Below, piece after piece: positions 9,783 through 19,753 of a DNA stretch of 64,000 bases. The first letter of the stretch is position 1. The number at the start of each line of letters is the position of its first letter. Made by a program: the position numbers and the translations under genes. Source of the DNA: an uncultured Candidatus Poseidoniales archaeon. Its GTDB lineage: Archaea > Thermoplasmatota > Poseidoniia > Poseidoniales > Poseidoniaceae. The notes beneath the pieces were generated by a model that was not told the origin of the DNA, made no database searches, and saw nothing but the letters and a program-made list of their open reading frames with translations. The stretch lies in contig CAXAGT010000003.1 of NCBI GenBank assembly GCA_963968885.1, positions 431 to 64,430 on the forward strand, given 5' to 3'.

Positions 9783-11909
9783 ATGACTGAGAATGCTCAA
9801 GTCGATAACGACAGCATTGAACTAACTGCCAAACAACTCATTTCTTCAATGCCTGAGGAGGATCAAAAATCTCTACGCTCATGGTATTTCTTTGATTTTG
9901 CCAATCAAGCATTCGCACTAACTGTCCTTTCTGTAGTTGTGCCTGCACTTATTGCTAGTTTATTCGATTCTTCTACTGGAGGTGGAATGGATTTCCTTGG
10001 AGGGACATTGAAAGGTGACTCATTTTACTCGATAGTTCTTGCAATGTCTATGTTTATAGTTGCAATAACCTCTCCTGCGATTGGAGTAATAGCTGATAAA
10101 TCTCCAATCAAAAAGAAGTTGCTATACTGGTATACACTATTCGGTGTATTATTCACTGCAATGTTAGGATGCGCACCATTTTTTGGTAACTCAGCATACC
10201 AAATAATGGCTGTTTTCTTTGTAATTGCTAATATTGGATTTGCAGGAGGAAATACATTCTATTACGCATTTATGCCATACCTGGCTCCAAAGAAGGCGAT
10301 GGACCATGTATCTTCATGGGGATATGCTTACGGATTCCTCGGTGGATCGATTATGCTAATTGTCCACCTAGCGATTTTAGTTGGTCTCAGAGGTTTACTT
10401 GAGCCGAATCTAAGATATGCAATCGTATTTGTAACCGCAGCACTTTGGTGGTGGGGATGGTCACTACCATTGTTCAAGAACACTCCAGAACCAGAGGTTG
10501 AAGGTAAGTTAGAGGTCACAGGTTTCATGAATTTAGTCAAATTCTCCTACGGTCAGGTTTTCTCTACGTTCAAAGAAATAAAGAAATTCAAAGTTTTAGC
10601 TCTCTACTTGGTTGCCTACCTCTTATTCTATGATGGTGTAAATACGGTTAATGGAATAGCAAGTGCATTCGCTGAGACTGTTTTGCGGATTGATCCCGTC
10701 ATGAACATCGTCTTATTACTTACAGTTCAGATTGTTGCAGTTCCTATGTCTGTGGTGTTTGGTAAAATTGCCGATTCTAAAGGAACTAAATTCGCTTTGT
10801 TGCTTGCTCTAATTGGGTACAGTTTTGTAGCGGTTACCGCGGCTGGTTTTGCACCGCTTGAACTTGAACCAAACAACGAGGATGATCATAAGCGCTTTGA
10901 TTTCCATTATGAGTGGATAGAAAACGAACCTTTCACTGATTCAAACGATAACGGGGTTTGGGATTCTGGAGAAGATTATACAGATTACGATCAAGACGGT
11001 GCTTTCACCGATGAAGGACTTTATGTTTTGAATACATTATACGGGAGAGGCGTCGAAGGCTGGATTTCATTGGAAGGAGAAGGAGATGCTGAATTCAGGG
11101 ATGCCTTTGGAACATGGTTGATGCCGGAAGAGTCCGAAGAAGTTGGAGGTCTTGCAGGATCTGCGTTAAGCGGTTTCAAATCCTCATTTATTCTACTTGT
11201 TTGTTTTGGAGCTTTTGGTTTCATTATGCTAGCGATTTTTAGAATGAATCTGGGTAAGGTAGGAGTAGGACTTACTTTCCTAGTTGGAATACTAGCAATA
11301 GGTGCGTTCATTGGAGGCGGTATTGCAATGTTTGAAGATAATTCTACAGAGGATATGCCCAGAACAATGGATGCTGATGGAGCAGAAGAGATGGTTGCTG
11401 CATTTGAAGGGGTTGAGAATCACAGATTCTCTATCGTACTGACAGATGGTCCGCAAGCTAATGAATATGAGATTGGAAACGAGCATCCTACTATCCTCAA
11501 GCGAGGAGGTTTGCTAGATTGGTGGGCTGATGGATTACGAAATAACGTATGGGGTCCACTCGGACTTGGAATAAACATCCAGTGGATTTTCCTTGGTCTG
11601 GTTGTAGGCTGCGTAATGGGTGCTGCCGGTGCACAGGCTAGATCTATGTTTACAATGCTGATACCGAAAACCAGAACCACAGAATTCTTTGGCTTCTTTG
11701 GATTTATCGGCAAAGCCGCTGCAATGATAGGTCCACTATTGTACGCAGCCGCAGCGACATACTTTGATTCCCGTGTGGCTATTTTGACTATTGTGGTAGT
11801 CATCGTGTTAGGGACCTTCCTAACCGGAAAAGTAGACTTAGAGGAAGGTATACGAGTGGCAGAAGCGGAAGATGAGAAGAATCTAGCCGCCTCAGGGAAA
11901 GGTGATTGA
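9783..11909 (+). CDS. MFS transporter, UMF1/Atg22-like, with a large internal insertion
   Basis: N-terminal signature SWYFFDFANQAF and many TM helices. An acidic insertion of about 230 aa lies at roughly 10858-11560. Confidence 0.65.
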   Translation: MTENAQVDNDSIELTAKQLISSMPEEDQKSLRSWYFFDFANQAFALTVLSVVVPALIASLFDSSTGGGMDFLGGTLKGDSFYSIVLAMSMFIVAITSPAIGVIADKSPIKKKLLYWYTLFGVLFTAMLGCAPFFGNSAYQIMAVFFVIANIGFAGGNTFYYAFMPYLAPKKAMDHVSSWGYAYGFLGGSIMLIVHLAILVGLRGLLEPNLRYAIVFVTAALWWWGWSLPLFKNTPEPEVEGKLEVTGFMNLVKFSYGQVFSTFKEIKKFKVLALYLVAYLLFYDGVNTVNGIASAFAETVLRIDPVMNIVLLLTVQIVAVPMSVVFGKIADSKGTKFALLLALIGYSFVAVTAAGFAPLELEPNNEDDHKRFDFHYEWIENEPFTDSNDNGVWDSGEDYTDYDQDGAFTDEGLYVLNTLYGRGVEGWISLEGEGDAEFRDAFGTWLMPEESEEVGGLAGSALSGFKSSFILLVCFGAFGFIMLAIFRMNLGKVGVGLTFLVGILAIGAFIGGGIAMFEDNSTEDMPRTMDADGAEEMVAAFEGVENHRFSIVLTDGPQANEYEIGNEHPTILKRGGLLDWWADGLRNNVWGPLGLGINIQWIFLGLVVGCVMGAAGAQARSMFTMLIPKTRTTEFFGFFGFIGKAAAMIGPLLYAAAATYFDSRVAILTIVVVIVLGTFLTGKVDLEEGIRVAEAEDEKNLAASGKGD

Positions 11910-12634
11910 GAATGAAAGCATTCACGGCAATTCAGCATGTTCTATCTGTACTATTTATTGGAGTAATGGCATTAATCTGGGGAATTCCAGTTGCGCCTGC
12001 ATTATGGTTCATGAATGAAGTGAACCACGTTGCGGAAGGTCAATCATCTGAATGGATGGGTTACCTAATACAAGGAGTAGGCGGTGCTGGTGCATTTATG
12101 GTATGGGGATTGAGCATGCTAACTTTATCGGGTGTTCTCCAAGCTATAATCCACCCAAGAGTGCCAGACGAAGGGAAAGTAGTGAAATTGTTCTCAAGGA
12201 CCACTGTAGGCTGGGCTGCCTGTGCAGCAATGCACAGGGCAACTAAACCATTCTTGGTACATGTTTGCCCATCTATTTTTGCAAATACATATTACAGGCT
12301 TGCTGGAGTCAAGATGGGTTCTGATGTCAACATTACCTCTGAGGATATCAATGACCCATCTTTGACAAGAATTGGTTCTGGTACAGTAGTTGGTGGTAAA
12401 GCAGCTATCAATGGACACATAGTTGAGAAAGGACAATTAGTACTTGCTCCAATTGTTATTGGTGAATCTTGCCTAGTCGGTGGTGGATCTTTGATGATGC
12501 CAGGATCTAAGATGGAAGATAATTCCGTAATTGGAAATAGAACTTTAGTTCCTAAGTATAAATCAATTCCAGAAAACGAAGTGTGGGCTGGTGTTCCAGC
12601 AAAAATGGTCAGCCAAAAGTCAAAACGTGAGTGA
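11906..12634 (+). CDS. membrane-anchored hexapeptide-repeat (left-handed beta-helix) protein
   Basis: Two N-terminal TM helices, then imperfect hexapeptide repeats (GSDVNITSE, IGSGTVVGGKAAINGHIV, IGESCLVGGGS, SVIGNRT). ATGA overlap with the MFS gene. Confidence 0.5.
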   Translation: MRMKAFTAIQHVLSVLFIGVMALIWGIPVAPALWFMNEVNHVAEGQSSEWMGYLIQGVGGAGAFMVWGLSMLTLSGVLQAIIHPRVPDEGKVVKLFSRTTVGWAACAAMHRATKPFLVHVCPSIFANTYYRLAGVKMGSDVNITSEDINDPSLTRIGSGTVVGGKAAINGHIVEKGQLVLAPIVIGESCLVGGGSLMMPGSKMEDNSVIGNRTLVPKYKSIPENEVWAGVPAKMVSQKSKRE

Positions 12635-12743
12635 TTTAATTTCTCTTTAATTCACAGATTTTTGAACAAATCTAAGGGTAATGGTCTTGAAGTGTCTAAC
12701 ATTCCGGCATATAGTGCAGATGCTGCATTTCGGAGTTGAGTGA

Positions 12744-15230
12744 ATGGGAGTAAAGAAATCCGCATACCGTCAACCTGTCACACCTGAGGGTCTGAAAGCC
12801 ATTGAAGAAGGTTCATTGACGTGGTTAGACGATGAAATGTACAACAATCTCAACACTGGGGTTCTAGAGCAATATTTAGAGGAAAAAAACTTAGTTGATT
12901 CTTTTGAAATTTCACACTGGTCAACTCCAAAAGTTTTGATTGGTATTCTCATTGGAGCTGTCTTTTCAGGTGTTACTGCTTACATCGGTCTGAAACTAGG
13001 TCTTGCTATCTCTGCTGCTTGGTATATCGCTTATCTACTTGGAATGGCAAGTCAATGGTCACCAAGTGAGGTCAACATTGCTACTTCTGCAACCACTGGT
13101 GCGACCCACGCATCTACTGGATTCATTTTCACCTTCCCTGCAATTTTCTTACTTGCAAGTCAGGAGAAATATTTCCTTGCAGATGGTCCCCTGATTAATC
13201 TAACACCTGAATTGGAAGGTAAATTAGCATTCATTGGTATTGTAGCATCAATGTTTGCAGGTTTCCTTGGGGTAATGTACTTCATCATTTTTAGAAGGGT
13301 TTGGCTTGTTGAAGATCCCCTTCCATTGCCTGGTTTCGAAGCAACTTTGAAAATGCTTGACATTGCTTCGGATGTTAATACTGGTGCTGTTGACCAAGCA
13401 AGAGACTCTCTGAAGACAATCGGAGTTTGGACAGGTCTTACCATGGTCGCTTTATTCATCATAGAGTATCCAATCGTTTGGATGCAGAATTCTTGGGAAC
13501 AAAGAAGGATTTCTCTTGCTGATTGGGTTGCAGAGACAGTTCACTTTGGAGACGGCGGTTTTGGTCTAGCTTCCATATTTTCATCTTCAAAATTCCATCA
13601 ACCTTCGGGCATCTGGACAGAGGAACAATCCGAGCAACTCTACGGAAATTCAGAAGCGATTGCTGGTCAATCAAAGGGTTACACGTATTTTGTTGAGGGT
13701 GAATGGAATCCATTCGCTTACACATACATTGGATTAGCAATGTCACCGAGTATGTTTGCCATCGGTTGGTTCATGAAGTCTAGAGTCGCTTGGTTGGTGA
13801 ACATGGGTACAATAGTTGGTTGGTTCTTCTTGGTACCATTAGCAGTTGCATTCGATGTGCCAATATATGATGCAGTTGCACAAACAAAATTGCCTCTCTC
13901 AACTTACGCTCAGGGTGATATAGGGCAACCTCTTCAAATGCTAGCGTTTAGTAAAACTATCAGAACGATTGCGATTGGTGCAATTGTCGGTGGTGGTTTT
14001 TACGGACTTGCTGCTATGTACAAGACCTTCTTGACTATCTTCGCAGACATTGGTGCAGCTTTCAAGGGTGAAGGTAGTGCTGAATATTTCGAAGGTAAGG
14101 GTTGGTATGAATGGCCATTGAAGCATATTCCTATATTCATGACAGTTACCTTCTTTGCAATGATTGTTATTTTCGCTTTGGGTGGCTTCCCAATTCTTGC
14201 AAGTATGGTTTTCGCTACAATTCTAATTGCTACCACTTTCTTGCTAGGTGCTATCGCAGTTCGTGTAATGGGTGAAACTGGAATTGAACCTGTCTCTGGT
14301 ACTTCATTCATTGTTCTTCTAATGCTTCTTGGGGTATTCCTTTCATTCGATCAATTGCTTGGTCTTGACGTTCAAGAGGCTGTTTTGTTGGGTCTAGTCG
14401 GTACTACTGTATTTGGTTCTGCAATTTCAATGTCTGGAACTGTAGTTGGAGATTACAAGAACTCGCTGTATATTGGTAACAGACCATATCACATCTCAAA
14501 AGGTAACATCATGGGTGTGGTTCCTGGTGCTGTAATTGGAGCTGTTGTCGCTATCTTCCTGTCTAAGCAATTAGCTGCAGGAAACATTGACCTATTGGCT
14601 CCGCAAGCAAATGCTTTCGCAACTTTCTCAGTTATCTTTGCTGAAGGTCAAGGAGAATTGCTCCTTCTAGCACTCGGACTTCTGCTGGGTGCATTCGTTG
14701 AATGGGCAACAGGTATGGGTACCTCCTTCGGTCTAGGTATGTACCTAGACGTTCCTCACACTGCACCTATGTTAGTTGGTGGAATTGCAAGAGACTCCTG
14801 GGAGAAGAGAAGATTGACTCCAAGGGTTGAGAAGATCAGAGAAGAAGAAGGAGCAGTCGCTGCTGAAAAGCAAAGGGCATTGATTCTATTGGGTACATTC
14901 ATGGTTGCCGCAGGTCTTCTAACTGGTGAAGCGTTCTTTGGTACTGAGTCTAGCGTATTTGCTTTCTTAGATTCCCAAATCTCTGAGGCATACTTCAAGA
15001 TTGCAGCGGAGGAAGATGTGGGAGCATTCGGCACCATGATGGCTAACTTCGTTGACACTGTTACAGAATCAGGAGATGTTTCATTCAAGTCCTCATGGTA
15101 TTACGTTAGAATTGGAGCATTTGCAGCAATTAACTTGCTAATTGGTGGAGCATTATTCTTGATGTTCAAGGCTGCTGGTGTTTTCGGTGGTAAGGATGAT
15201 GACCAAATCATCGAAGCAAAGCTAGTCTGA
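12744..15230 (+). CDS. OPT-family oligopeptide transporter
   Basis: 828-aa polytopic protein. The region GDYKNSLYIGNRPYHISKGNIMGVVPGAVIG is analogous to the OPT DLKTG..G..P..Q motif. Paralog of 53089..55197. Confidence 0.75.
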   Translation: MGVKKSAYRQPVTPEGLKAIEEGSLTWLDDEMYNNLNTGVLEQYLEEKNLVDSFEISHWSTPKVLIGILIGAVFSGVTAYIGLKLGLAISAAWYIAYLLGMASQWSPSEVNIATSATTGATHASTGFIFTFPAIFLLASQEKYFLADGPLINLTPELEGKLAFIGIVASMFAGFLGVMYFIIFRRVWLVEDPLPLPGFEATLKMLDIASDVNTGAVDQARDSLKTIGVWTGLTMVALFIIEYPIVWMQNSWEQRRISLADWVAETVHFGDGGFGLASIFSSSKFHQPSGIWTEEQSEQLYGNSEAIAGQSKGYTYFVEGEWNPFAYTYIGLAMSPSMFAIGWFMKSRVAWLVNMGTIVGWFFLVPLAVAFDVPIYDAVAQTKLPLSTYAQGDIGQPLQMLAFSKTIRTIAIGAIVGGGFYGLAAMYKTFLTIFADIGAAFKGEGSAEYFEGKGWYEWPLKHIPIFMTVTFFAMIVIFALGGFPILASMVFATILIATTFLLGAIAVRVMGETGIEPVSGTSFIVLLMLLGVFLSFDQLLGLDVQEAVLLGLVGTTVFGSAISMSGTVVGDYKNSLYIGNRPYHISKGNIMGVVPGAVIGAVVAIFLSKQLAAGNIDLLAPQANAFATFSVIFAEGQGELLLLALGLLLGAFVEWATGMGTSFGLGMYLDVPHTAPMLVGGIARDSWEKRRLTPRVEKIREEEGAVAAEKQRALILLGTFMVAAGLLTGEAFFGTESSVFAFLDSQISEAYFKIAAEEDVGAFGTMMANFVDTVTESGDVSFKSSWYYVRIGAFAAINLLIGGALFLMFKAAGVFGGKDDDQIIEAKLV

Positions 15231-15240
15231 GCGTGTTATA

Positions 15241-16215
15241 ATGAGTAATAGCCGCATTCCGTGGCATGTTTATCTTGTATTGCTGATCGCATTAATCGGT
15301 GTTTCAAGTGCAGGTACTATTTTGCAACAAATCGATATGATACCACCTATTTTGAGAGGGGCTTGGAGACTGCAAGCAACTTCGTTACTTTTACTTCCAC
15401 TTGCTATTTACCAATTCACTCAGATGGAGGATAAAGCCGAAATCAAAAATCAACTCGGCTTAATGCTACTTTCAGGAGTATTCCTTGCACTTCATTTCTC
15501 AACATGGATAGCAAGTTTGGATTACACTTCCCTGACACATTCATTGCTTTTTGTAACTACTCATCCACTTGTAGTTTTAATTGGAATGGCAATCTTATCA
15601 AGATTTAAAGAAATGGAACCTGCTTCAAAGATGGAATGGATAGGCGGTATTATTGGAGTTACTGGAGCAATCATAACCCTTCAAGATGGTGGGACTGTGC
15701 AAGGTGATCATGAGGTTACTGTATTTGGTGACCTTCTAGCGTTTGCTGGCGGTGTCTTAGTGGTCGGATATATCGTATGTGGCAGGATAGTAAGAAAGAA
15801 GTTGCCAATTTTTGTTTACGCTTTCATTGTTACAGCATTTGGAGGTATAATTATGACGATAGGTTCAGCGATTTTGGAAAATCAATATTCTGAATTTGGT
15901 ACATTTGGCTGGATTAGTTCTGAATACTTAGCCTGGGTCTTGGGCTTAGCCCTAGTTGCTGGATTGTTCGGCCATACTGGATTGAATTATGCATTGAAGT
16001 ACGTTCAACCTCTAGTAATTTCTATTCTGGTGACATTAGAGCCAATTGTTGGTTCTCTTATTGGTTGGATGTTTTTCAATGCTGGAGTGCCAGGGATGTG
16101 GACATGGATCGGAGGTATTCCTTTAATCGCTGGAATGGTCTTAATCGTCTACGCTCAATCAGATTCGGAAAAGGATGCAAATAGTCAAACGCAATTGGCC
16201 TCAGGGGTACAATAA
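15241..16215 (+). CDS. EamA/DMT-family permease
   Basis: About 10 TM helices arranged in two similar halves. 324 aa. Confidence 0.6.
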   Translation: MSNSRIPWHVYLVLLIALIGVSSAGTILQQIDMIPPILRGAWRLQATSLLLLPLAIYQFTQMEDKAEIKNQLGLMLLSGVFLALHFSTWIASLDYTSLTHSLLFVTTHPLVVLIGMAILSRFKEMEPASKMEWIGGIIGVTGAIITLQDGGTVQGDHEVTVFGDLLAFAGGVLVVGYIVCGRIVRKKLPIFVYAFIVTAFGGIIMTIGSAILENQYSEFGTFGWISSEYLAWVLGLALVAGLFGHTGLNYALKYVQPLVISILVTLEPIVGSLIGWMFFNAGVPGMWTWIGGIPLIAGMVLIVYAQSDSEKDANSQTQLASGVQ

Positions 16216-16228
16216 GGCAGGTCTCTAT

Positions 16229-17215
16229 ATGGATTCAAATCAATCTGGTTGGCTATTGCTCACGAATGATGATGGAATAGAGGCTCCGGGTTTTGAGTTG
16301 TTAGTTAAGGCTCTAAACAAAGAAAAAATCCCAATAGTAATTTTTGCACCTAGTGATAATCATTCAGCTGCTGGAATGAGAATTCAGCTTGGAAAACCGA
16401 TGGGACTTAGGGAAAGGAAAGACTTGATAGAATCTTGGAATCTTGATGAATCCCATGGTTTGCACATGTTCGAGTTAGATGGAACTCCTTGTGATACAAT
16501 GATCGTTGCATTGGATGGAGGTCTAGAAAGAGTAGTTCCTGGACTAACTCCAAAGATGGTTCTCTCAGGAGTAAACCTTGGCCCAAATATGAGTCAAGAT
16601 TCATATCACTCAGGAACCATGGGTGCTGCTAGAGAAGCAGGATTGTATGGTATGCCAGCAATTGCGTCTTCATTTACTTCATTTGAGGTTGAAGGAATGG
16701 AGAAAGCGATTGATGCAACAGTAGAATTAACAAAACTAGCGCTGTCAATCCTTCCTGATGTTCCTGAAAATCTTAGGAGACCATTCGTTGACATCAGTGC
16801 TGCTCACCTGTCAAGATGGCCACATATTCCTGATGAACACGAATGGTCATCAGACCCTGAAGGGGCACTGATGCAGGCATTTAGACATGGAGAATTAATG
16901 CTGAATCTAAACGTTCCACCAACTTGGGATGGTGGAGTAATGACCACAAGATTAGGTATGCGTTGGTATAGGGATGCAGTGGTATTCGAAAAGGCAGGAG
17001 AAGGGGAAACCGCTGCATTTTCAATCGGTGCAGCTAGCATAGACCATGGTCATGTAAATCAAGGCGACTGGGACGCAGTTATTGCAAATAAAGCAAGCCT
17101 GTCTTGTCTTCCAGTTTGGCCACAATCCCATCCTTTAGCACTGGATGATGCTTTACTTACATACGCTTTGAAATCAGGTGAATCTGGTTATCCAAGTTGG
17201 TTATTGGAATCATAA
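16229..17215 (+). CDS. surE: 5'/3'-nucleotidase SurE
   Basis: N-terminal LLTNDDGIEAPG, plus GVNLGPN and YSGT-like HSGTMGAAREA. Start set at the Met immediately preceding this motif. Confidence 0.85.
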   Translation: MDSNQSGWLLLTNDDGIEAPGFELLVKALNKEKIPIVIFAPSDNHSAAGMRIQLGKPMGLRERKDLIESWNLDESHGLHMFELDGTPCDTMIVALDGGLERVVPGLTPKMVLSGVNLGPNMSQDSYHSGTMGAAREAGLYGMPAIASSFTSFEVEGMEKAIDATVELTKLALSILPDVPENLRRPFVDISAAHLSRWPHIPDEHEWSSDPEGALMQAFRHGELMLNLNVPPTWDGGVMTTRLGMRWYRDAVVFEKAGEGETAAFSIGAASIDHGHVNQGDWDAVIANKASLSCLPVWPQSHPLALDDALLTYALKSGESGYPSWLLES

Positions 17216-17821
17216 ATTCAATGGAACACATTGATCCATTAGGAAATGTACTACGGTGATTGCAGAATTACCTTGTAACCATGAATCACCTAACGACCTA
17301 TACAATATTCCATCAATTTCAATATCCTCTAATATTTTGTCATCACTCAAAATGAAGCAAACATCCGGATATTCTTTATTCGAATTTTCAATTTTTGATT
17401 GCTCTGTCCAAAGGGATGTTTCCGTGGCATCAAGAATAATTTTTGTTGCCCCATCCCATTCCGCTAGTGTATGTTTAACATCTCCACCCGAATCATAAAC
17501 GCCTGGCATTATCTCTTTCCAGATGCCTCTTGGTGAATTTGGTAAAGATATCACTTTGGCAATCATCCCAGCCACTGCACGTTCTTGGGCATGAAATCCT
17601 CTAAGTTCAGAGCCAACGAATTTTATTCTTCTCTTTGGACCTGGACCACCGTATAGGTGAATTACCATCTCAACATTTTCTCTAATGCCATGGCTTGTTA
17701 GGAATGCCGACATGAGGGCACGCACCAAAACATCCATTCTTCCTGCTGAGCCTGCTAGGTCATTGAGTGGTAGTTTTCCTTTTGCCATTGCTCTATGACC
17801 GATGATTGCAAATCTTCTCAT
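17210..17821 (-). CDS. trmY: tRNA (pseudouridine54-N1)-methyltransferase TrmY
   Basis: MRRFAIIGH..LNDLAGSAGRMDVLVRAL and IKFVGSEL match my memory of the SPOUT TrmY (DUF358) family. Confidence 0.8.
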   Translation of the reverse strand: MRRFAIIGHRAMAKGKLPLNDLAGSAGRMDVLVRALMSAFLTSHGIRENVEMVIHLYGGPGPKRRIKFVGSELRGFHAQERAVAGMIAKVISLPNSPRGIWKEIMPGVYDSGGDVKHTLAEWDGATKIILDATETSLWTEQSKIENSNKEYPDVCFILSDDKILEDIEIDGILYRSLGDSWLQGNSAITVVHFLMDQCVPLNL

Positions 17822-17822
17822 C

Positions 17823-19034
17823 TCAATGCCTCTCTATCAGAGTTTGAACAGCGATGCATAAATCTAGTTGAGTTTGTAGAGGGAAATGTGTTGCATTGCT
17901 GTCAACTAGATATGCACGTGGCATCTCTTTGTTTCCTCTGTCTTCTAATCTATTAGCAACAACTGCAGTCATTTTTGATTTCTCAATTTGCGCTACTGCT
18001 CTGTGAATTAGGTCTGCTCGCTTAATTCCAGATTCGAATTTAAATCCAATTCTACATGCACTTTTACACTTATCTGAAAGCTCTTGAATGTGCTTTTTTC
18101 CCTCTTGTAATTCAACAGCAAGGGGACCTTGCTGACTTGCTAATTTTCCTTCTGCTTGTTGTTCCACTAAATAATCGAGTACTGCTGCTGAGTGTACCCA
18201 TGCATCGATCTCATCATTTGCAAGTGCTAGTAATTCTTCCAACATTTCGTTTGGGTCTGTTGCTTTTATGATAAGTGGTATGAAATCAACATCTTGAACT
18301 TCTGTTGCGCCTTTGACAACTGTTATGTCATGACCGACTCTATAGAGGTGCTCGGCAACATCCCAACCAGTCTTTCCAGTGCTAAGATTCTGTACAAATC
18401 GGACGTCATCTATGGCTGATCTTGTTGCACCTAGGGTTATTACAACCGACTTCCGATTCTTTTTCCTTGAATTGATGAAATGTGCTAACCTTGCGACAAT
18501 TTCAACCTGTCCTGGAGTCTTCCTTTTCCCCTCTTCAAGAGGTCCCCAAAAGACTTCTATGCCTTGTTTTCTAACTTTCTCTACCACCTCATCAGTAACT
18601 GGGTCATTAGCTAGATCTTCATGCATACTCGGAACACAGAAAATAGGAGCATTCCTAGTTCTTGCAGCACTAACTGCCATAAGCAATGGGTTGTACATTA
18701 ATCCGTGATCTAATGAGGATAGAAAATTCCTTGTTGCAGGAGTGATTAAGATGGCATCTACATCATCTAACTGCTTCATATCAGATTTCCAATCACTAAT
18801 AACTTCTCCAGCACTTGCCCATTCTAGAGCCATAGGAGATATTACCTGTTGGGCTGAATAGGTCATGAGAACTTTGACTGTGGCTCCATGTCTTCTAAGT
18901 TCTCTTGAGACTCTAACTGAGTCAACTGCTGCTATCCCGCCTGTGATTCCAAGCAGAATTGTCATTCCATCAAGGGAATTGCCCTTGATTTCGACACCTC
19001 TGTCATCACTAGCCATGTCCAGCCCAGAAGGCAA
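17823..19034 (-). CDS. coaBC: bifunctional phosphopantothenoylcysteine decarboxylase / phosphopantothenate-cysteine ligase
   Basis: N-terminal flavoprotein motif ILLGITGGIAA. C-terminal CoaB-like region TLGATRSAIDDVRFVQNLSTGKTG. Confidence 0.85.
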   Translation of the reverse strand: MPSGLDMASDDRGVEIKGNSLDGMTILLGITGGIAAVDSVRVSRELRRHGATVKVLMTYSAQQVISPMALEWASAGEVISDWKSDMKQLDDVDAILITPATRNFLSSLDHGLMYNPLLMAVSAARTRNAPIFCVPSMHEDLANDPVTDEVVEKVRKQGIEVFWGPLEEGKRKTPGQVEIVARLAHFINSRKKNRKSVVITLGATRSAIDDVRFVQNLSTGKTGWDVAEHLYRVGHDITVVKGATEVQDVDFIPLIIKATDPNEMLEELLALANDEIDAWVHSAAVLDYLVEQQAEGKLASQQGPLAVELQEGKKHIQELSDKCKSACRIGFKFESGIKRADLIHRAVAQIEKSKMTAVVANRLEDRGNKEMPRAYLVDSNATHFPLQTQLDLCIAVQTLIERH

Positions 19035-19098
19035 TAAGTCATGAAATGTTGGTTTTTTCCGGGGATGGGTTCATTGGGGTGAGCACATTGGGGATGGC

Positions 19099-19740
19099 AT
19101 GGATGCACGCAATCCCGATGAAATCGTGGTTGCGGGTTTGGCTCCAAACAAAAGAAGAAATTCACCTTTTGATTCAAATCACAGAGGTAACTCATTGATT
19201 TTGTTAATCGACTTAGCAATATTGGGATATTTGGCTTATTTACTTGCAAACGCAGGTGTTCAGATGTTCAATTCTTATCTTGTTAATGGGCTCCTGTTCT
19301 GTGTAATTGCTGGATTTTACTCGATTTGGTTTGGCTACAGAACCAGAAAGAAATGGGCTTACTGGCCTGCAGTTGGAATATTAATTATAGTGACAATTTT
19401 ATTTCTAATGTTTGCAGCCGTTAACCTTTGGTATATTCTTAGAGGAGACCTTAGTGGATTTTTCGTTGTAATATTCGTTTCTTTTGCAGTCTTTTCCACT
19501 CTTAGAAGAATAATGCAACATTTCCATCCTATGTACATCGCTGCTTATCTTGATAGAGGAGTTAAGATCCAAGGTTTCGATTTAGAACAAGGTGAAATGT
19601 ATGCAGCCTGTCCTACGTGTTTCAGTATTCTTGCAATTATTCCAAGCCAGTTGTCCCCGGAAGACAATTGTCCTCATTGTGGAAATCCCTTAGTGGATGG
19701 AGGACTAGTAACAAGAGACTCATCAACTGAACAAGAATAG
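19099..19740 (+). CDS. hypothetical membrane protein with C-terminal zinc ribbon
   Basis: About 4 TM helices, then CPTC...CPHC. Confidence 0.4.
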   Translation: MDARNPDEIVVAGLAPNKRRNSPFDSNHRGNSLILLIDLAILGYLAYLLANAGVQMFNSYLVNGLLFCVIAGFYSIWFGYRTRKKWAYWPAVGILIIVTILFLMFAAVNLWYILRGDLSGFFVVIFVSFAVFSTLRRIMQHFHPMYIAAYLDRGVKIQGFDLEQGEMYAACPTCFSILAIIPSQLSPEDNCPHCGNPLVDGGLVTRDSSTEQE

Positions 19741-19753
19741 ATTAAAACAATAG

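Noticed and set aside
11420-11938. 172-aa minus-strand ORF antisense to the MFS transporter
   Set aside because: It is a low-complexity P/S/A-rich mirror ORF. The plus-strand gene has clear family signatures and TM periodicity.
16175-16228. N-terminal extension of the SurE ORF overlapping the EamA gene end
   Set aside because: The conserved SurE N-terminus (LLTNDDG) begins just after the internal Met at 16229. The extension is unlikely to be translated.
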